A DNA stretch of 28,191 nt from Anthoceros angustus (Eukaryota > Plantae > Anthocerotophyta): NCBI GenBank assembly GCA_010909165.1, contig MU008208.1, positions 1-28,191 on the forward strand, in the 5' to 3' direction. A program made the position numbers and the translations under genes. Below the pieces are notes generated by a model that made no database searches, was not told the DNA's origin, and was given only the letters and a program-made list of their open reading frames with translations. Of the stretch, positions 23,539-28,191 are shown one piece after another. Every line of letters starts with the position of its first letter. Position 1 is the stretch's first letter.

Positions 23539-24399
23539 AAACACGATATCTTTCGAAGGGGGTGAATATTCACGAAGGGGGTTTTCTGAAATATATCTTC
23601 TGAAGGGGGTTTGACATGGGTCTTGAACCGTGGTTTTGAGGTATGAATGAATGTAAGGCGAGAAAAGAAGGTGGAAATTCACGTGAACCCGATACAAGGT
23701 CCATTTCATGCCGGTGAAGGGTTATGGTGCAAGAGGTAACCCTATTTGGGGTGCATTTAAGACCCATGACAAGGGCCATTCTTTGCCGATCCTGGTCTTT
23801 CTCGCAACAACCCTAAAGATTCGTAAAAAGCACGGTGATCAAAATTGGATGAGAGGCGAACCGATGGCGGGGAGCAAAGCATGTCGAGGAGTAGGCGCGG
23901 GCGCGCCCTTTCTCGTGCGATGATGCCTTCGGCGAGTAGCAGCCCATAGCGGATGTGTGTACAAAAGACTTTGGGTGTGGGGTGGGTGGCCGCACCCTCA
24001 ATTGTGCCCAAATATAATCACATGGTTCATCCCACAGTGCAATCGATGAATGAAGAAAAGTGTGGGGCAACAGCGGTTCCCGCCAACATATCGCAGAAAA
24101 ACATGCCAGCTCATCGTGTGTTTGTTAGTATGCCGCAATGCCGAGCGCAACTACCACCACACTCCCCACATGTCCTTCCGCATGTAATGGAAAAAGGCTT
24201 GAACATTGGAAGTTATTAAGCATGGGAAGTCTACACACAGAGAAAGCCACAACCAAATTCCTATCATGGGCCTAGACTCTTTTCGAAATATGTCTGCGCT
24301 TGGAAATGTGCACTCCAAACTACGAATTGAGCTTCGCATAACCTCACCAATTGCCCGTTGAAGATGACCTAACATTCGAGGGTTTCCTACTCTTCGCGG

Positions 24400-24600
24400 A
24401 CTCACGCCATCATCTTCGTTGGGCACGATCATGACCATCATCTTCACTATCCTCGGTGGCACTTTGACTTTGTTGAATAAAGCCTCGCAATTCAATTAAG
24501 TTATTCTTGATTGCCTTCTTATCCACAGTACAAATGTTTCCGCGTCAAGTTGAACTCATAATAGAGGATGACCGTTTGGTGAACAAAACCTCTACTTACA
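24400..24600 (-). pseudogene. Remnant of the transposase 3' end in the 2.2-kb element
   Basis: Homologous to ~5070-5260: exact TACAAATGTTTCCGC at 24529-24543 and 5197-5211, with collinear TCACGCCATC, CTATCCTC..CACTTTGAC and GATYGCCTT blocks. Confidence 0.7.
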
Positions 24601-24767
24601 CATCTATTTCTGACGATCTCAAAGTAATGCTATGCTTCACGTTTTGGCGGGTACTGAACATGCCCATATATTCTTGAGAACAAGCTGCACATAGATGCAT
24701 GAATGAATGAATGAAAATAGGTCCATAGGTGTTTTTGAAAATGTGTGCAACCATGGCATGAGAGGAG

Positions 24768-24886
24768 CCTTAACAAGCCTTGTACATGGGCGCCGGCCCC
24801 CCTTAACAAGCCTTGTACATGGCGCCGGCCGCGCCCAGCCCAAGCCTTGTACATGGGCCCGCCCTCAACCTTGTACATGGGCTGCC
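24768..24886. repeat. Minisatellite, four copies of CCTTGTACATGG with GC-rich spacers
   Basis: Core at 24778, 24811, 24845 and 24869. The first two units share CCTTAACAAGCCTTGTACATGG. Confidence 0.85.
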
Positions 24887-25012
24887 ATTGATAAAATAAA
24901 TAATTAGTGCTTCTAATGTGTTCAACCTAGGATAGTTACTCAAGTGGTTTGGAAACAATATGTGCATGAATAGGTCATGGGTTCGAGTCTGTAGAGGCAT
25001 GAAAAACTTCTT

Positions 25013-25345
25013 GTTGATTTTATGGGCGCATGGGCACGGCCATTTAAGGCTAGCATGCCCTCTATTGAGGTGACTTGAGGTGTGCGGATATATTCCACAA
25101 CGGATCCATGGGTATGAGGTTTTGCGGATCTTGTGAAGAATTGACATTAGAGGCCCACGCAGAGGGCTTGCGCAATTTGGGCAAAGGAGGTGTGTATCAA
25201 GAAGGACTCTTTGAAAGCGCAGTGGTTTCTTTGAATGCTCGTCGGTGAAGACCAAAGCGGGAGGGTGAGCGAAGACTCAAGGGCTTTGGGCGAGATAGCT
25301 TTGATGAGCAGGGGAGCGGATTGAAATTTGGTCATCGTGATGGAT
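25013..25345 (+). pseudogene. Remnant of the methyltransferase C-terminal half in the 2.2-kb element
   Basis: VDFM.G.GT-like motif I at ~25013-25040, then IE.DLRC.GYIPQRIHGYEVL and WAKEVCI..KD.LKAQ, collinear with 12484-12660. GGCTTTGGGCGAGATAGCTTTGA at ~25280 matches GGCTTTGGTGCGAATGATAGCTTTGA at ~12791. Confidence 0.75.
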
Positions 25346-25702
25346 TGAGTCCGCTCTAGCACCGATGAGTCCAAGTTAGTCATAGAGAGTAGGTTCACGG
25401 TTTTGTAGGCACCTAGATGTGCTTCTTCTACGTGTTCGTAATAACTTTTGGACCCGTTGTGAGGCAATTGATGATCTCATTTTCCCTCTTCCTCAAAAAC
25501 AAAGCGAAGGCGCCCGGCCGGCGCCTTCCCTGATTTGTCTTTGTGTGTTGGAAAGCGGGTTTTCATGATAACTACTCGTTGGAAAGCAGTCGACCTTTCT
25601 TGAAAGCGAGGCAAAGCATATTTGGATGTGGAATGTGCTAAGAGGGTTTCCATGTCACAGAAGGGGGTTCGGATATTCACCCCCTTCGAAAGATATCGTG
25701 TT

Positions 25703-26040
25703 TAAAGATGCCATGCGGTATTTGACTCTTCGAAGACTTTGTGTTATAACACGATGGGTTTTTTAGCAGATATATGTTGTGGCCACTCTCTAACTTCTTT
25801 GTGTTGTAACAAGTTGGGTGTTTTAGCAGACTACGTTGTGGCCACACTCTGAAGACTTTGTCTTGTAACATGTTGGGTGTTTTAGTGGATCTATGTTGTG
25901 GCCACGCCCTACTCTCAGTTATGGCCTCTATGTTGTAGCCAATCTTAATTTGTGGTAATGAATCCATGTTGTATCGTATTGACCATGTGTTGTGAAGACT
26001 TTGCGTTGTAACAAGTTGGGTGTCTTTTAGCGGATCTATC
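25703..26040 (+). repeat. Tandem repeat of ~59-bp units, continuing the array interrupted by the 2.2-kb element
   Basis: GAAGACTTTGTGTTGTAACAAGTTGGGTGTTTTAGC.GA..TATGTTGTGGCCAC-like units at ~25732, 25791, 25851 and a partial unit at ~25996. It shares TATGTTGTGGCCACTCT with the 23219-23538 array. Confidence 0.8.
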
Positions 26041-26525
26041 CTACATGACTGTGTGTTGTAGCAAGCTTGTGTATAATGTAGAAATCCTGTGACATAGGTT
26101 GTGTGTTGTAGTAATTGTTTTGTAGATTGTGTATTAAAGTAATTGTTTTACAATAGTTGTTATAGTAATTGTATTACAATATAATTTACAACTCTCTTTG
26201 AACTTGAGTTTGAACTACTGTGTGCCAGCTAGTGTGTTATAGCATATAACACATTTGAGGAGGCATAACTAAGTGCGTATTGTATAAGCATTATGAGGGC
26301 TGGAGTTTTAGTGGGGCATGTTGTATGAGCATTATGAGGTACAAGTGATAAAGAGGAGCATTCGGTCTCCCATAGTTTGTTGCATGTATTATAGCAGCTA
26401 TGAACTGGCAGCCGTTCAGAGCACACCAGATTGATTATCTTAGATAAAATGTAAAATATTTTCTACTTCATGAACGCGAACAACTCTTGCTGGGAATCAG
26501 ACTTGCATCCACCTAGTGATAAGGC

Positions 26526-26672
26526 AACACTCTACCACGAGACCACAACAATACCACCAAGTCATGCTTTTAGGCTTGTACAATAGCCCAAAACTTGTAT
26601 TCAAAGTCAAGTTTGGTATAGCTTGGCTTTCTAATCATTATCAAAATCACTCTAAGGATGCATGAGATATTT
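26526..26672 (+). repeat. Dispersed direct repeat, copy 1 (copy 2 at 27747-27889)
   Basis: AACACTCTACCAC.AGACCACAA and AGTTTGGTATAGCTTG..TTTCTAAT.ATTATCAAA.T.ACTCTAAGGATG..TGAGATATTT occur in both copies. Confidence 0.75.
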
Positions 26673-27668
26673 GTGTTGTGATAGACTCATAAATTTTAAG
26701 AGCTTGAAGTGGATTGACCTTCTTCATCTTTGAAGAACCCATTATATGCCTGACAAATCGAGGTTTCAAGCCAACCCACTCCAAATGTTTTCTTGATCCT
26801 AGCATCTTAAATTTTTGTTAAATCATGCCTAAGTATAAATTACAAAGCCCACGTCACCACTAGATGATCCTCATTAGCATGAGCTCTGTAAATAAATTAG
26901 ATGAGAACACATAGTTCGTTCAAAGATATGTCGGGAATCTCAACCAAACTAGTCTCTAGTTCCTTTGTCACAATGTTAACGGAGCATAGCCTTCAATGCC
27001 GAGAAATTGATTTTGTGCTTAGGAAAAAGAATGTGGATTTAAAACTTCACTATCAACTTGTAGTGCTCTAGCTAATTTATATCCATGATTTAGATATCTA
27101 TTAGTTGAAGGCAAGTACTATGACTCCAAATTTTGTTCGACACATGTAAACCATCAATATAGGCATTGAGGCCTAAAGTAAAGACTCTTGCCAAATCTTA
27201 AATAACTATAATAATGAAGAAAAAAAATTGAAGGAAACTTGAAAGAAGAAACTACTACCGATTTTTAGAATGACTACCGTACCTCGAAGGGTGGTTCAAC
27301 AGGATAATGCCGAAATAATTATTTTTTGAAAAAAACAAGGTTCAACATAAATATTTATATTTTTCAAAATTTCAACATTTACAAAAAATAATTTTATCAA
27401 ATTTCAACATTTATTAAAATATATAGGTATATAAAACTAATGGATATGTATAGATCTCCCTAAATAGGCCCTAATTTTCACACAAATCCTAGTTTCCTTA
27501 TTTTCGGCATCATAAATTCATAAATTTTTACCTATTCAACATTTTAAATATAATAATTTTTGGATTTTCAACTTTTACTAATTTTAATTAATTAGCGAAT
27601 CACCCTTGGGTGCGGTACATGAAAGAAGACAACTCTATAATCGAAACCTTAAACTTTGAAAGACGGAA

Positions 27669-27889
27669 GAAACTTGAAACTTGAAACACTTTATTGAAAG
27701 AAACTTGAAACACTCTACCACGAGATGAAAGAAACTTGAAACTTGAAACACTCTACCACCAGACCACAATGTTACGTCTATGTATGTTTTTGGAGGACCA
27801 CCAATACTGATCCAAGGTGTAAAGGTGCAGTTTGGTATAGCTTGTTTTCTAATTATTATCAAATTACTCTAAGGATGTGTGAGATATTT
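27669..27889 (+). repeat. GAAACTT short tandem cluster (27669-27751) running into copy 2 of the dispersed direct repeat
   Basis: GAAACTTGAAACTTGAAACAC at 27669 and 27731, GAAACTTGAAACAC at 27700. The segment 27747-27889 matches 26526-26672. Confidence 0.7.
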
Positions 27890-28191
27890 TTCTTACAAGT
27901 ACTCTATTTGTCTATGAAGTTGAGTAGGGATTAGATTCTTTTTGTGAATGGTAATTGAGAAGATAATATAATATATCAGGATAAATTAAGAGAAATATTA
28001 TTAAATTATAAATAGATAATAATATCTTAATATATTCAGATTGCATAGAGAACTTTCAATAGTGAAAAGGCAAGTTAAAGTGATGGAGGCATGAGGTGAG
28101 AGATTTGATTAGTCAAGGTAAGGATTGGTTTCATCAACCATATAACAAAAAGTCATTATTTACCATTAAATAATCAAAGTTTCATTGACTT

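Larger units (their letters stand above)
23540..25702. mobile_element. 2,163-bp non-autonomous internal-deletion derivative of the same TIR transposon family
   Basis: Perfect 30-bp TIRs AACACGATATCTTTCGAAGGGGGTGAATAT (23540-23569 and 25673-25702). TSD TAAA at 23536-23539 and 25703-25706. The first 23 bp of the TIR match the 9.1-kb element at 19/23. Internal segments align by eye with both ends of the 9.1-kb element. Confidence 0.9.

Noticed and set aside
23542-25700. CACTA/EnSpm classification of the 2.2-kb element from CAC...GTG near its ends
   Set aside because: With CAC ends the flanks (AAA/TTT) give no direct duplication. With AACAC ends there is a perfect 4-bp TSD, and the linked transposase has Sola/DUF7869-like motifs.
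23219-26040. CRISPR-like array
   Set aside because: Units are degenerate and contiguous without unique spacers, there are no cas genes, and the context is eukaryotic.

Overview
Repeat-dense, non-genic eukaryotic DNA, most likely from a non-seed plant or streptophyte (inferred from the TE families); no intact host gene is supported. The main structure is nested. A decayed Ty1/copia retrotransposon (gag-PR-INT ~1276-4135, RT-RNaseH ~13255-14860) is split by a 9,115-bp DNA transposon (4136-13250) with AACAC...GAAGGGGG terminal inverted repeats and a 4-bp target-site duplication. That element carries a minus-strand Sola/DUF7869-like DDD transposase. Divergently from it, it carries a frameshifted gene whose C-terminal part is a bacterial/phage-type beta-class N4-C/N6-A DNA amino-methyltransferase. 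A 2,163-bp sister element (23540-25702; perfect 30-bp TIRs, TAAA TSD) is an internal-deletion derivative. It keeps the transposase 3' end and the methyltransferase C-terminus, so the methyltransferase looks like family cargo. A second, diverged Sola/DUF7869-like transposase with a head-to-head partner gene lies at ~15060-20200. All coding sequences are frameshifted, and the translations quoted are manual reconstructions across frameshifts. No database searches were run.
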